IMG/VR virus record: IMGVR_UViG_3300000116_000024
Span: 1 to 55,525 of that record
Reading direction: 5' to 3' (one strand)
Source of the DNA: a virus
Lineage: Duplodnaviria > Caudoviricetes
Length of the DNA stretch: 55,525 bases
The position numbers were made by a program, and so were the translations under genes. The notes beneath the pieces are model-generated. The model had not been told where the DNA came from. It saw nothing but the letters and a program-made list of their open reading frames with translations, and searched no databases. This document shows positions 45,082 through 55,260 of this stretch, one piece after another; within the stretch, counting starts at the first letter, position 1; each line of letters opens with the position of its first letter.

Positions 45082-46638
45082 TTAGAATTGTGGAATCTCT
45101 TCGATCAACACAGTTCTTGATAAATCTTCAATGAAAACATCGCAACGATCTTTCATCCAGATTTCGTATCCTGGGAATTTATTAGCAGAGCTCATTCCTT
45201 GAGATTTTGCAAATCCTAAGTGATGACGAGTTCCATCAATATAACCCCAAGTCATAGAAGGTGCACCCTTCATACGTACCTCACGGATGTTGTTGATCAT
45301 TGAACCATCAGATTCAGGAGATACATCAAATACCATAAATACAGGAGTAGACTTCTTGTTTTGTCCAAATTCTAAGTTAGTTTGTGGTAAATCTAACTCT
45401 TTCAAGTGTACAAGTTCTACACGTCCAGTCTCACGAGTTACCATCGCATCAAATGCAAAGTTGTAAGTGATTGACTGTCCTTCTCCTTGTAGATATCTGT
45501 TTCCAGAATCTGCCATGAAAGTTAATCCAGAGTTCAATGCATCATCTTTTAAAGCTTGTTGGAATACATCGAATCCAGCTTCATTAGTATACATCTTAAC
45601 TCGTCTATCTTTAACATCCACTCGTCTGTAGAATAAATCTCCAAATACTGAACGTATTAAGTTAGCAGAAAATTCTCCACGGTTATATTGTACTAGGTTA
45701 CCGTTATTACGCATTCTGTGATATACACCAGCAGATGTACGCTTTAACTCTTGTCTAGAACCATTAGTCTTAACGGTACCAGGCTTAGCCCAGATCATAC
45801 GCTTAACTTTAAGTTCAATCATAGACTTACGCATCCAGAACTCAACGAAAGGTTCCCATTTAACATCATTACGAGTTAGTGGTAACTGATTACGTCTTTG
45901 TGGAGCATATACTAAGATATCCAAAGCTTGACCTGAATTGTCTCTCAACATTTTATCATCAGCCCATTCTGTAATTTTGTGCTCATAACCATATCCTGAA
46001 CCTAATGATTCAAACATTGTTATTTTCTCACCTAATCTAGGAAGACCTAATAAATCTTGATCAAATTCTCCAATTGCAGCATCAATCAATTCTAGCTCAA
46101 TACCTGGCTGTAAGAATGTAGATGACATAAAATCTACTGTTGGATTATCACTTACTAGTGTAACTGAATATAACCAACCAGCATTCCAAGGCTGTGGATC
46201 TTTTATCACATATAGACGTGGTCCATATTGACGTGTTCCTACAGAAATGATAGCGTTTTTAGAAAATTCATTTGTATCTAATACAATTTGAAATTCTTGA
46301 CCATCAATACCTGGCTTAGCTAGGTCAGATGTAGTTTCTGGAATATCAATGATTTTTGGAAATTTGTATGGTACAGCGATGTCCCATTTCCAAGAGTCAC
46401 TATTCGTATCAATAAAGTACGGTGTGCTCTTATTAATCATATCTAAGAAATCATTGCTATACAATGATGATTGAGTATACAGACTGATAATTTTCTTATC
46501 ATAATCTGCAGGCTCTGTTGAGTGGAAGCTTTCCAAGTGATTTGCATCTGTCAGTTTCCCCACAGCACGCTTATCCATGGACGCAACTCTCGCATAAGTA
46601 AAACCAGTTAATCCTGGTATAGTTTGAACGTTTGACAT
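45082..46638 (-). CDS. Major capsid protein
   Basis: 518 aa in the order terminase-portal-acidic protein-MCP. GIDGQEFQIVLD, AGVYHRMR, MYTNEAG pattern. Codon usage of a highly expressed gene (TTC, AAC, CGT). Confidence 0.85.
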   Translation of the reverse strand: MSNVQTIPGLTGFTYARVASMDKRAVGKLTDANHLESFHSTEPADYDKKIISLYTQSSLYSNDFLDMINKSTPYFIDTNSDSWKWDIAVPYKFPKIIDIPETTSDLAKPGIDGQEFQIVLDTNEFSKNAIISVGTRQYGPRLYVIKDPQPWNAGWLYSVTLVSDNPTVDFMSSTFLQPGIELELIDAAIGEFDQDLLGLPRLGEKITMFESLGSGYGYEHKITEWADDKMLRDNSGQALDILVYAPQRRNQLPLTRNDVKWEPFVEFWMRKSMIELKVKRMIWAKPGTVKTNGSRQELKRTSAGVYHRMRNNGNLVQYNRGEFSANLIRSVFGDLFYRRVDVKDRRVKMYTNEAGFDVFQQALKDDALNSGLTFMADSGNRYLQGEGQSITYNFAFDAMVTRETGRVELVHLKELDLPQTNLEFGQNKKSTPVFMVFDVSPESDGSMINNIREVRMKGAPSMTWGYIDGTRHHLGFAKSQGMSSANKFPGYEIWMKDRCDVFIEDLSRTVLIEEIPQF

Positions 46639-46671
46639 GTTATTCGTTTATTAATTATTAATTACTGATTA

Positions 46672-47949
46672 TTATAAAAACCACGATGGGGCTTTAGATC
46701 CTTTTTTTGTTGACTTGCTACTTTTATCTTTTGTAACTTGTCTTGCAACTTCCCCAAATAATACGTTTGTCTGTTTAGACGCACCTTTTCTTTGTATAGT
46801 AGCTAACGTAGGATCTTTTTCTAACATTTTCATCAAAAGTCCAACCTTTACTTTCATTTCGTGATTTTCAGGTCTTTTCATATCTAAAATAGCACGATCG
46901 AAGTCTGTAAGTGTTTCTCCAGCAGGAGTTTTCCACTTATCTACTAATAGGAAATCTTGTAGTTCGTTTGCTAATTTAGAATTGATTGGTATTCCATCAA
47001 ACTCTTTTTCTTTTACTTTGTCTGATAATATAGACTGAACATTAGATACATACTCGTTTCTAATTTGAGCTTTTTGTTCTTGAGCTTGTCCAGCTTCAGC
47101 TTGTAATTTTTCTAATTTTTTAGCTTCTTTTTTAACTAAAACTTTATGATGTCTTGTAGCAACAGTATCTAAATCACCGTAATTCTGCAATCTTTCAATT
47201 TCTTTACTTATGTCTTCTGATTCAAAACCTTGATCAGATAATGCTTGTTTCATTATTGATATTTGATTTCGCTCACTGCTTAGATCCATTTCTGAAAAAT
47301 TTACAACTTTATTGTAAGCTCCAAAATACTCTTTAGGATCTGCACCTTTTACAAAAATTGCATCAAATGCATTTTGGTAATCTTCTCCAAATTGACCAAT
47401 GAAATCTTGAACTAAATCAGATGCTCCTTTTTTCTTCTCAGCATTGAATCTTTCTAGAAACTCTTCTGGTGTACTAATAGAAACTTCTTCATCTTCTTCT
47501 TTATTAAATACTCCTAATTTAAATAGGTCATTTGATAAAGCAGTAAACTTATTACCACTATCGTCATCATCAGTTGCATCATCAGTTGCATCATCTAAAT
47601 CCTCACTCGCTTTCTTTAAAGCATCATTTGGAGGATCTACCTTAATATCATCATCATCATCATCATCTTCATCACTATCAGTTAAGAAGTCAGCGATTAA
47701 TGATTCTCCTGATTGTTTTTCTTCATCAGTTTTACCATCTACACTATTAGGAGGTGTGATATCTTTTCCTCTTGGAGGATTATCGTTTGTTTCTGCTTTT
47801 GGTGTATCTATTTCATTTACTATAGGTGTAACATCTTCAGGATTACCTGAAGCAGTTTCTGGAGCCATTAAATCATTCAACAGTTGAGCATCACCTGCCC
47901 CTGTTTCCATAGTATTTTGTATACCAAAAGGATTACTCTTGTCAGACAT
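46672..47949 (-). CDS. Acidic scaffold-like protein upstream of MCP
   Basis: 425 aa with a D/E-rich disordered N-half (poly-Asp, DDAT duplication) and a coiled-coil C-half. Confidence 0.65.
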   Translation of the reverse strand: MSDKSNPFGIQNTMETGAGDAQLLNDLMAPETASGNPEDVTPIVNEIDTPKAETNDNPPRGKDITPPNSVDGKTDEEKQSGESLIADFLTDSDEDDDDDDDIKVDPPNDALKKASEDLDDATDDATDDDDSGNKFTALSNDLFKLGVFNKEEDEEVSISTPEEFLERFNAEKKKGASDLVQDFIGQFGEDYQNAFDAIFVKGADPKEYFGAYNKVVNFSEMDLSSERNQISIMKQALSDQGFESEDISKEIERLQNYGDLDTVATRHHKVLVKKEAKKLEKLQAEAGQAQEQKAQIRNEYVSNVQSILSDKVKEKEFDGIPINSKLANELQDFLLVDKWKTPAGETLTDFDRAILDMKRPENHEMKVKVGLLMKMLEKDPTLATIQRKGASKQTNVLFGEVARQVTKDKSSKSTKKGSKAPSWFL

Positions 47950-47986
47950 ATGTAGTTATGTTTTATTAAAAATTGGTTTATTTGAA

Positions 47987-48017
47987 TAAAATTAGAACAA
48001 CACTATGTATCTACAAA
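47987..48017 (-). promoter_or_regulatory. Possible Bacteroidota-type promoter for the scaffold-MCP operon
   Basis: TTTG-N19-TAATTTTA on the minus strand; one mismatch to TAnnTTTG. Confidence 0.45.
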
Positions 48018-48085
48018 GGATATTTTACTTATTTGTAAAATATTTATGCATAATATAGCATTAACTTTTTTGGTAACTAACTGGG

Positions 48086-50668
48086 TTAGTTATTTTTTCT
48101 TCCCTTTGCGTTCATTTTAGCAACAGCTAAATCGTTTGCTTGGTTATCTCTAGCTAGTTTGATTTTCTCTCTTTCAATTTGTAATTTTTGTTGAGCTAAT
48201 CCGCTTTTAGAGTTTATATCAGCCATTTTACTATCATAGTTCTTTCGAGCTATAGTTTGCTGACTAGTTAATTTTTCTATCTCTAAAGAGTCTGGAGTAC
48301 CATTACTATTTTGATCAGACGATGCTCCACCTTCTTTAGACATTGCATTTATCATAGCAATCTCTTTCTTATTAATTCGATCAAGTTCATTGTTAAGATT
48401 ATCATTAGCAGTTTGCTGAGCAGTCATTTGTTGTGCTTGTTGCATTTGAGCTTCAGCTATTTTACCTTGTTGCTCCATTTGAGCTTGTTGTTGCTGTTGA
48501 GCTGCTTGTTGCTGTTGCAATTGCTGATCTCTTAAGTCCTTGAAAGTTTTCTTCATCTCTCTCATAGACTTAGTACTGTAAAGTTCAATGATATCATATA
48601 GACTTCCACCATTTTGAATAAGTGCTTGAGATAATTGTCTAAGCTCATTAAACATTTGTGTATCCTCTGGTCTATTTGTTGGAAATACTTTTAAATCACG
48701 AAGTTTTAATTCATTTCCATTAACTTGAACAAATGCAGATTCTCCTTCTGAAGTTATATAAGATAACGTAGATTCTGGTTTAGAGCTTTGTATTTTTAAA
48801 GATGCATCTATTATTGCTTGATACAACTGACCTGTTACATACTCGTGTGCAACAAATAGAGGCTCTGTTTGAGAGTAACTCTGTTGCATAGCAGTATTTG
48901 TACCTGTAGCTGTTTCTGATGCAGCTACGGAACCCATACGTTGTCTAGACATACCTATTAGTTCCCAACATTCTATCTTCATTTGTTGAGCTAAGTTGTA
49001 ACGAGATTGTATTTCCTGTGTACGTGTAAGATCTAAAGATGTAAATTGGTTAAATGAGCTTGGTGCTTTTAGATTCTCTGGACTATCATCAATAAATACA
49101 ACACCACGTTCTCTAGCTTCCATTTCCCACATATCTAATGCATCTTGTGCATCACCATCTTTAGGAACTGGTATATGTCTAAGTGACATCAATTGCACCT
49201 TACCAACTTCTTTCTCTAGAAGCTTATATAATTGGTTCATACAAACATTATATATAGTTTGGAAAGGTTTCATTAAATCAACTAATGATCTTGCTTCTGT
49301 ATTTTTTACTTCATAAGTAGTTCCAATGATAGGACAGTAATCTAGTAATGTATAAGGTTTTACGTGGTATATGTCTGGACCAATTTTAGTTCCTTGGTAC
49401 CATTGATTAACCCATCCCCATTCTAAAGATATCTGTGTAGGCATGTTTCCTGACTTATAATCCTCAGTAACTAAAGCTGATTGTTCGTTACCCATTTCAT
49501 CTTCATAAATAAGCTTACCGATTTTTCTTTTAGATATCCAGTAGCTTCTTACAACTACATATTTATATCCAAATGAAGATACATTACTTGTAAGTCCTAA
49601 GAAATCACGAAGACCATCGTTGTTCTCCTTCATTTCACTTTCTATAATCATTCGTGTCTGTAACACTAATGGATCATATGTATCATAAATTACAGAGTCT
49701 TGTCCAGGTGTAACATCAGGATTTCCAAGATTAGATTCTCTTACATTAATTAGACCATAGTCTTGTAATGAACTTCTTAAGTGATCTATCTCAGTTTTAG
49801 TTAAGTCTGGAAAAGCTTCTATTATTTCTGATATTTCCATAACCTCCACAGTACCAGCAGCATATGCTCCTCTACTTCTACCTGAAGGATCTGAAATATA
49901 TTTTTTATCTGGTGTAGTAAGAAACCAAGTATTTTTTGGATTAGCCACTTCTACATTAAATCCTGTTTTAGAATTATCTTCATAGATATGATAAAACTCT
50001 CTTGCAGATATAAGTAAATCTCTAAATGCATCTTCACTTTGTTCTTTTAAATGAAAGTCTGCTTTGTTACAAGTAAGTGTATGGTTTGCCCACTTTTCTG
50101 CAACAGATGTATATGAATCAAGCTCTTCTTGAACTTGTTGCATCGTAATTTTTTCAACATCTTCCATTTCAAGTTCTTCACCAGACATAGCTGCTTTTGC
50201 CATAACTTGTTGCTTAACCTGATTGATTACGTAAGCTTTTAGTGTATCAGTTTTAAACTGTAACTCTTGAGCTTTGCTGTCATCATCAAAAGCTTTTACT
50301 CTATAAGAGTCAGGTCTTTTACTTATCTCACCAACAAGTTCGTTAACTGGTGTAGTGATAATTGAATAATGTTTTACATATCCAGGAAGACCTAAGTCTT
50401 TTTCTAGCATATCTGTGAAACTCTTAACCTCAGGCTCATCTATAGCAAAGTCTTCTCTTCTTAGAATACCTTTCATTAAGTCATAGTTAGGTACAAAAGT
50501 ATCTCTATTCTTAATGTATTCTGCATAAGCTTTATTAGAAAAATAGTCCATGGTATTTTTTACCCAACTATCATCTTTCTTTTGCTTTATTGTTTTAAAC
50601 TGATCAGGAAAAATGTTTAAATAAGCATATCTAATGTTTTCCTCTTTTGTATATCTAATAATGGCCAT
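48086..50668 (-). CDS. Portal protein
   Basis: 860 aa, follows the terminase. LVGEISKRP, SLVDLMKPFQ..YN, IGMSRQRMG, Q-rich crown, DQNSNGTPD. Confidence 0.9.
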   Translation of the reverse strand: MAIIRYTKEENIRYAYLNIFPDQFKTIKQKKDDSWVKNTMDYFSNKAYAEYIKNRDTFVPNYDLMKGILRREDFAIDEPEVKSFTDMLEKDLGLPGYVKHYSIITTPVNELVGEISKRPDSYRVKAFDDDSKAQELQFKTDTLKAYVINQVKQQVMAKAAMSGEELEMEDVEKITMQQVQEELDSYTSVAEKWANHTLTCNKADFHLKEQSEDAFRDLLISAREFYHIYEDNSKTGFNVEVANPKNTWFLTTPDKKYISDPSGRSRGAYAAGTVEVMEISEIIEAFPDLTKTEIDHLRSSLQDYGLINVRESNLGNPDVTPGQDSVIYDTYDPLVLQTRMIIESEMKENNDGLRDFLGLTSNVSSFGYKYVVVRSYWISKRKIGKLIYEDEMGNEQSALVTEDYKSGNMPTQISLEWGWVNQWYQGTKIGPDIYHVKPYTLLDYCPIIGTTYEVKNTEARSLVDLMKPFQTIYNVCMNQLYKLLEKEVGKVQLMSLRHIPVPKDGDAQDALDMWEMEARERGVVFIDDSPENLKAPSSFNQFTSLDLTRTQEIQSRYNLAQQMKIECWELIGMSRQRMGSVAASETATGTNTAMQQSYSQTEPLFVAHEYVTGQLYQAIIDASLKIQSSKPESTLSYITSEGESAFVQVNGNELKLRDLKVFPTNRPEDTQMFNELRQLSQALIQNGGSLYDIIELYSTKSMREMKKTFKDLRDQQLQQQQAAQQQQQAQMEQQGKIAEAQMQQAQQMTAQQTANDNLNNELDRINKKEIAMINAMSKEGGASSDQNSNGTPDSLEIEKLTSQQTIARKNYDSKMADINSKSGLAQQKLQIEREKIKLARDNQANDLAVAKMNAKGRKNN

Positions 50669-52686
50669 TATGAGAATATTTTATGTTTAGAGCTGCTAAA
50701 TACACCTCTAGATTTTGTAAATAATTTGTTTTTTTTGTTCTTATGCATAGCTGTTAATCTAACATCGTCCTGTGCTCCTACCTTTCCAATAATTGGATCT
50801 AGTTTCATAGCAAGTCCTATAGCTAACTCAGCTGCAATAATTCTATCAAAGTTACCTGTTTCATTATACTGAATCATTTCTTCTAGTAATAATGGATCAA
50901 GTATTTTAGCCATACCTTTAGTACTAGATATAACCTCACCATCTTCGTTAACTTCAGAAGCTACAATTTCTTCTGAATACTTTTTAAGACATCCATGTAG
51001 GAAGTCTCTAATTTTTTCTGATGATCTGTGTATACCAAAGTCACGTCTTACAGTAGTATTTGGTACAATTTCTTTTAACCAATCTGGTTGTCTTTCTAAA
51101 TATTGACTATCTCCTTTAGCAATCATGTGATCAATAAAAGATATCTCATCATTCTCACACAATGTTCTTGCGTTAAAGTATTTAATAAGGTAACGAGCTT
51201 GGTTCTCCCAAGTTTCTTTCTTATCAGGACGTGCACAGTAACTTGCTACAAACATGTCCTGATATTTTTCACCAGCTATAGCATGCATCCTTTTATATAT
51301 GTATACAGAACCTAATGAACTACTGTATGCAGATTTACCTTGTCTATATGGATCCACTCCAGCCACATATAAGCCATATGGTGGGTTTTCTATAGGGAAT
51401 TCATATATTACTATAGGAGCATCTTTTAAGTCTGTATGCTTTAACGGAAAGTTGCTTATAGGCATCTTATCTGTAAACTCATGTTTCACTCCTTCTCCAT
51501 CATCAAATAGTATAACAGGTGTGCCTGTTCTTTCTCCTTGTAATAGTCTAGTTTTTTGACGCTTTGCAGCTTCTAAGTCAAATATGTTTGTATCTTCATT
51601 TAAGAATATGTCATCCACATCTTGTGGGTAATACATCTTTTCTTTTAGATAAGCTAATCTATCTCCAGCCTTTTTTAACCTTTCCAGGTTATCATTTGTA
51701 ATCTTATCAGCCTTTTTCTTATTAGATACCATCATAGGTATGTCATGTAAGGGAGAACCTTTTGGTTTATCTAAAAATGTGCCAAGACTACTGTCTTCTT
51801 TTGCTTCCATTCTATACTCATGGCCAATAAACAACCCATGAATACGTTTATCATCTTTAGCATTGTTATATGTAAGAAAGTTAAAGTTATCTACATCAAA
51901 CATTAAGGACTTTGCATCCATAAACTTCTTCATATCCCCACCTGTACCTGTAAGTATAGGACTACAACCCCAACCAAATGGTGTTGTGAATCCTGGAATA
52001 GCTGCCTGTAAACCTCTTAAGAAGTTACCTTTACCTATCTCATCAATGATTAATCTTCTAGGCTTTGTACCTGCAATAGCCTCTTCATTGTTACCATCAT
52101 CTAAGTTACGAATAAGTATCTGTGAGAATGGCATTCTTTCACCAGCTCTAGTTTTAATACCTAATGTAACCTGATTCTTCCAGTTATCTTCTACTCTTTG
52201 CCACCTCCAAGCTTTAGGTAAGAAGTTTAATCCTTTATCAATCTTATCTGTAATAAGTTTTATATCAGGAGAGTTTAATCCTGCAATAACGTTTTGTGAA
52301 TTCTCATCAAACGTAGCTCCTTGTGCAATATAACTTGCTTCAATAACAGACTTTGCTAAACGTCTAATTCCTAGTATAACTAGTCCTTTCTTTTCTTTCT
52401 GTGCTCTGTCTATCTCATTAGTTACAAGCCACTCATTATCTCTTAGTAATGGATTTGCATACTTCTGGTTAATTCTACCATATTCATCAAGTATATCTAC
52501 CTCTGTATGCCAAGCATTTAAATGCCAGTATAAGAAAGGATTAATATAAGTACCATCCATCATACAACCGTTCATACTAAGCTCTTTATGAAAATTAAAG
52601 AACTCTGTGTACTCTTCAGAATCCTCATCTGGGACTCTTTTCTGGTTAATGAACCATTCGTTGTAACTTATATTATGTAGTTTCAT
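50668..52686 (-). CDS. terL: Terminase large subunit
   Basis: 672 aa. Walker-A-like GIRRLAKS, Walker B LIIDEIGK, motif C TGTGG, nuclease GVDPY...GNFDRIIA. Confidence 0.93.
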   Translation of the reverse strand: MKLHNISYNEWFINQKRVPDEDSEEYTEFFNFHKELSMNGCMMDGTYINPFLYWHLNAWHTEVDILDEYGRINQKYANPLLRDNEWLVTNEIDRAQKEKKGLVILGIRRLAKSVIEASYIAQGATFDENSQNVIAGLNSPDIKLITDKIDKGLNFLPKAWRWQRVEDNWKNQVTLGIKTRAGERMPFSQILIRNLDDGNNEEAIAGTKPRRLIIDEIGKGNFLRGLQAAIPGFTTPFGWGCSPILTGTGGDMKKFMDAKSLMFDVDNFNFLTYNNAKDDKRIHGLFIGHEYRMEAKEDSSLGTFLDKPKGSPLHDIPMMVSNKKKADKITNDNLERLKKAGDRLAYLKEKMYYPQDVDDIFLNEDTNIFDLEAAKRQKTRLLQGERTGTPVILFDDGEGVKHEFTDKMPISNFPLKHTDLKDAPIVIYEFPIENPPYGLYVAGVDPYRQGKSAYSSSLGSVYIYKRMHAIAGEKYQDMFVASYCARPDKKETWENQARYLIKYFNARTLCENDEISFIDHMIAKGDSQYLERQPDWLKEIVPNTTVRRDFGIHRSSEKIRDFLHGCLKKYSEEIVASEVNEDGEVISSTKGMAKILDPLLLEEMIQYNETGNFDRIIAAELAIGLAMKLDPIIGKVGAQDDVRLTAMHKNKKNKLFTKSRGVFSSSKHKIFS

Positions 52687-53019
52687 TTACTTTCTGCTAT
52701 CAGCAAAAGCTTTTGCCATTTGACCTAATTCTTGACCACCTCTTGTCTCAAGCTTCTTTTTCTCTTCCTTCTCACGTAGCTTATTTACTTGGTCTAACAA
52801 TGCTAAGTAATTCTTCATCATATCTTGAAGGTATTTACCTTGTTGTTCAACTGTTGCTACAACTGAAGGAACTGCTCCAGATTTAGTTTCTTTATAAGTG
52901 ATTCTATCCTTAAGTTCATGTAAAGGATTGTCTTCAATATACTTTTGCCAGTTGCTTATTTGACTTTCAGCCCAATCAAGCTCTGCGTTAATGTATGTAG
53001 TTTTCTTTGCTGTTGCCAT
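52687..53019 (-). CDS. Putative terminase small subunit
   Basis: 110 aa, helical, abuts terL, C-terminal TRGG. Confidence 0.5.
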   Translation of the reverse strand: MATAKKTTYINAELDWAESQISNWQKYIEDNPLHELKDRITYKETKSGAVPSVVATVEQQGKYLQDMMKNYLALLDQVNKLREKEEKKKLETRGGQELGQMAKAFADSRK

Positions 53020-53022
53020 ATG

Positions 53023-53292
53023 TTAATCTTCGTATTCATCAAAGGCTATGTTATAGAGGTTCTTTCCATCCATAAGTATACTTTCTATGTCATCTTCCTG
53101 ATGTGGAATATCCATATCTAAACTAGCTTGATAATTGATTAAGTTGTTATGTAGTTCTTTATCTGAGGTTGCCCATAGGTCATTCATGTTTTTTGAATCT
53201 ATAGCTGTAGCTATATGCTTACCTAGGGATATATCTGGATGTGATGTTTTTAACTCAGTTAATATAGTTATAATTTTTTTGTAAAATTTCAT
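53023..53292 (-). CDS. Hypothetical protein
   Basis: 89 aa, ATGA-coupled within the operon. Confidence 0.7.
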   Translation of the reverse strand: MKFYKKIITILTELKTSHPDISLGKHIATAIDSKNMNDLWATSDKELHNNLINYQASLDMDIPHQEDDIESILMDGKNLYNIAFDEYED

Positions 53293-53579
53293 ATTAGATC
53301 ATTTATATCTTCATCAGTTAGTTTTTTACTTATCTCAATTTGAGGAAGGAAATCTGATATACCTTCTTGATCCTGTTCTAATTCTAATTCTACTTCTGGT
53401 GGGGTGGAATAATACTCAGGTCTAATTGTCACCTTTATTCTATCACTCTCACCTTTAATCTCGTTTTCTTCTCCTTCTATGTCAATGAAATCCACACCAT
53501 CTTCAAACAAATCTGCTAGTATTTGCATCATTGCTGTTATTGGTATTTTAGTAAGTTTTAGAGTTCTTTTTTTCGACAT
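53289..53579 (-). CDS. Hypothetical acidic protein
   Basis: 96 aa within the operon. Confidence 0.7.
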   Translation of the reverse strand: MSKKRTLKLTKIPITAMMQILADLFEDGVDFIDIEGEENEIKGESDRIKVTIRPEYYSTPPEVELELEQDQEGISDFLPQIEISKKLTDEDINDLI

Positions 53580-53859
53580 TCTCTTTTAGTTTTGTCTCTT
53601 CTTCAGATGACATTTCTGCTTTCCATTTGCCTGTAGGGCATTCGCAAGATAAGCATTTTGTTTTTGCTGACAGTGTACAACCACAATTTACACAATGTGC
53701 ATCTGGTCTAACTGACTTGTAATTTTTTGAATGAAACTTACAACTCTCACAAATAGATGTCCTTTCAGTAGATACTTTTTCTATCTCCTTTTTAAGGTGT
53801 GCTGGGGGTATTAAATTATTCCTCCAACCTTCTACTATTTGTCCAAATTTAGTCTTCAT
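53548..53859 (-). CDS. Cys-rich putative zinc-binding protein
   Basis: R..ICESC...CVNCGC.L.AKT....CPTGKW. Confidence 0.75.
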   Translation of the reverse strand: MKTKFGQIVEGWRNNLIPPAHLKKEIEKVSTERTSICESCKFHSKNYKSVRPDAHCVNCGCTLSAKTKCLSCECPTGKWKAEMSSEEETKLKENVEKKNSKTY

Positions 53860-54199
53860 TATTTAACTTTGACTTTAACGAATTAATTGTTAGCGTTAAT
53901 GTACTAATTTTATTCTTAATCCAAGCCTCTTTTTTAGTTTGTTCTATTCCTTCAGCAACATCTTTTTCATAACCCTCTTTAAACCTTTGAAGCTTTACTA
54001 ATCTCTGATTAGCTTTTCTTACATTAAAGGTGAATTTACCAAAGCCACTTATCTCAACAGTATTGTTGTTTTTCAAAGCATCATTTGCACCATTAAACTG
54101 ATGCATCACTACTTGGTTAATTACCTTTTCCGAGATAATCTTATCCCTCGATATCTGCTTGACTATCTTCTCTGATAGCGTCAACTTCTTTGACCTCAT
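53849..54199 (-). CDS. HU/IHF-like DNA-binding protein
   Basis: IVKQIS...DALKNNNTVEISGFGKF signature. Confidence 0.75.
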   Translation of the reverse strand: MRSKKLTLSEKIVKQISRDKIISEKVINQVVMHQFNGANDALKNNNTVEISGFGKFTFNVRKANQRLVKLQRFKEGYEKDVAEGIEQTKKEAWIKNKISTLTLTINSLKSKLNNED

Positions 54200-54545
54200 G
54201 TGTAAGCTTGATTACTAAATTTAAATTTTTTTTGAAATCCAATACAATCACTGGATTCACTTCTATCTTTCCATCGTTCTTTAAGAAGATGAATTGCTTC
54301 TTTAACTTAGATACAATATTATTAATAGTAGCTGTTGTTGTATTATACCTTTCACAGAACTCTGTTCTATGGTTAGCATATGATATACTTCCTTTAACTG
54401 CTGTAAAGGCAACAAGCTCTATTTCCCTTTTAGTAAGGTGCAAATTGTTTATTGCAGATAGTATGCTATAATACTTTTCTGCCAACGCATACTCATTAAC
54501 TTGAGTGCTCTGTAGTTGTTGTACTATTTGTGTTGGTTGTTTCAT
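54141..54545 (-). CDS. Winged-HTH DNA-binding protein (RepL-like)
   Basis: LTKREIEL...FCERYNTTTATINNIVSKLKK...IEVNP. First gene of the late operon. Confidence 0.65.
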   Translation of the reverse strand: MKQPTQIVQQLQSTQVNEYALAEKYYSILSAINNLHLTKREIELVAFTAVKGSISYANHRTEFCERYNTTTATINNIVSKLKKQFIFLKNDGKIEVNPVIVLDFKKNLNLVIKLTHEVKEVDAIREDSQADIEG

Positions 54546-54610
54546 ATTTAGTTATTGTTTGTTTTTCCTTACCTAGGAATGTGAACAATCATGACTAGCC
54601 CACCCACCCC

Positions 54611-54643
54611 CAAAGATATACAATTTTTTTGATGTCAACCAAA
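54611..54643 (-). promoter_or_regulatory. Bacteroidota-type promoter heading the leftward operon
   Basis: TTTG (54643-54640), 21-nt spacer, TATCTTTG (54618-54611). Confidence 0.7.
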
Positions 54644-54784
54644 TTTTTAAAAAAACTTTTTTTTTCAACATGCCCCCACCCATCATGTGAGTAGCAAAGG
54701 AGACCCCTTCTAATACAGACCCCACACAAAGTTTGACGGTTGGGGATAGTCCCCGCCTGATAATCATCTAAACAAAACAAAAAG

Positions 54785-55201
54785 ATGGCTTTAACATTTC
54801 AAGAGTACAACAGAACAGACCTAGTAAACCTAGGAACAGTAGCAACCAACGCAGGAAAAGACGGTGCAATCACTTTGATTGACAAGAACTTTAAGAATCC
54901 TAACAAGAAGGTTGCGTTAGTGATTAAATTAGCAGACGGGCGTAGTACCGTAGTAGCTTGCTCAACAGCAGTGAGTGCAGGTTTGCGTGAACAGAGCATC
55001 ACCCTTTCACAAGTTCAAGGGTTTCCAATCCTTGAGACTACTTGGGATTCCATTAACGCTGAAACAGGTAAGACTGAGAAAGTTACTGGGAACTTTGTGA
55101 GCATGCCAGCTGGTTCGCAAATGGAGGACTTCAAGATTACTGAGGAGGCAACAGCTTACGTTGCACCAACGAGTAGGCTTGACGAGCTTGTAGCACTTTA
55201 A
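54785..55201 (+). CDS. Hypothetical protein, first gene of the divergent arm (possibly an SSB-like beta protein)
   Basis: 138 aa with an A-rich leader, biased codon usage and a downstream hairpin. The function is a guess from beta-strand patterning and an acidic C-terminus. Confidence 0.75.
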   Translation: MALTFQEYNRTDLVNLGTVATNAGKDGAITLIDKNFKNPNKKVALVIKLADGRSTVVACSTAVSAGLREQSITLSQVQGFPILETTWDSINAETGKTEKVTGNFVSMPAGSQMEDFKITEEATAYVAPTSRLDELVAL

Positions 55202-55215
55202 AAGCTACAAGTTTG

Positions 55216-55260
55216 AAAGGGAGGGAGGGAGGCAGAAGCCTTCCTTCACACCTCTCTTTA
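55216..55260 (+). terminator. Hairpin downstream of the plus-strand gene
   Basis: GGAGGGAGGC-AGAA-GCCTTCCTTC stem with G-U pairs, extendable to AAAGGGAG/CTCTCTTT. Confidence 0.55.

Noticed and set aside
47560-48530. Poly-Asp, DDAT and poly-Gln coding repeats
   Set aside because: Ordinary low-complexity segments of the scaffold-like and portal proteins.
1036-52686. Inteins, introns or homing endonucleases in the RNAP, MCP, portal or terminase
   Set aside because: I saw no LAGLIDADG/HNH motifs or intein-like junctions by eye; terminase, portal and MCP are uninterrupted and of ordinary size.
4211-54471. Numerous plus-strand ORFs of 60-172 aa in the ORF track
   Set aside because: They lie antisense to long minus-strand genes, have the S/L/F-rich composition of shadow frames, and show no motifs.
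54573-55002. Short minus-strand ORFs in the strand-switch region
   Set aside because: They overlap the promoter and G-tract elements or lie antisense to the 138-aa gene, and have no coding-like features.
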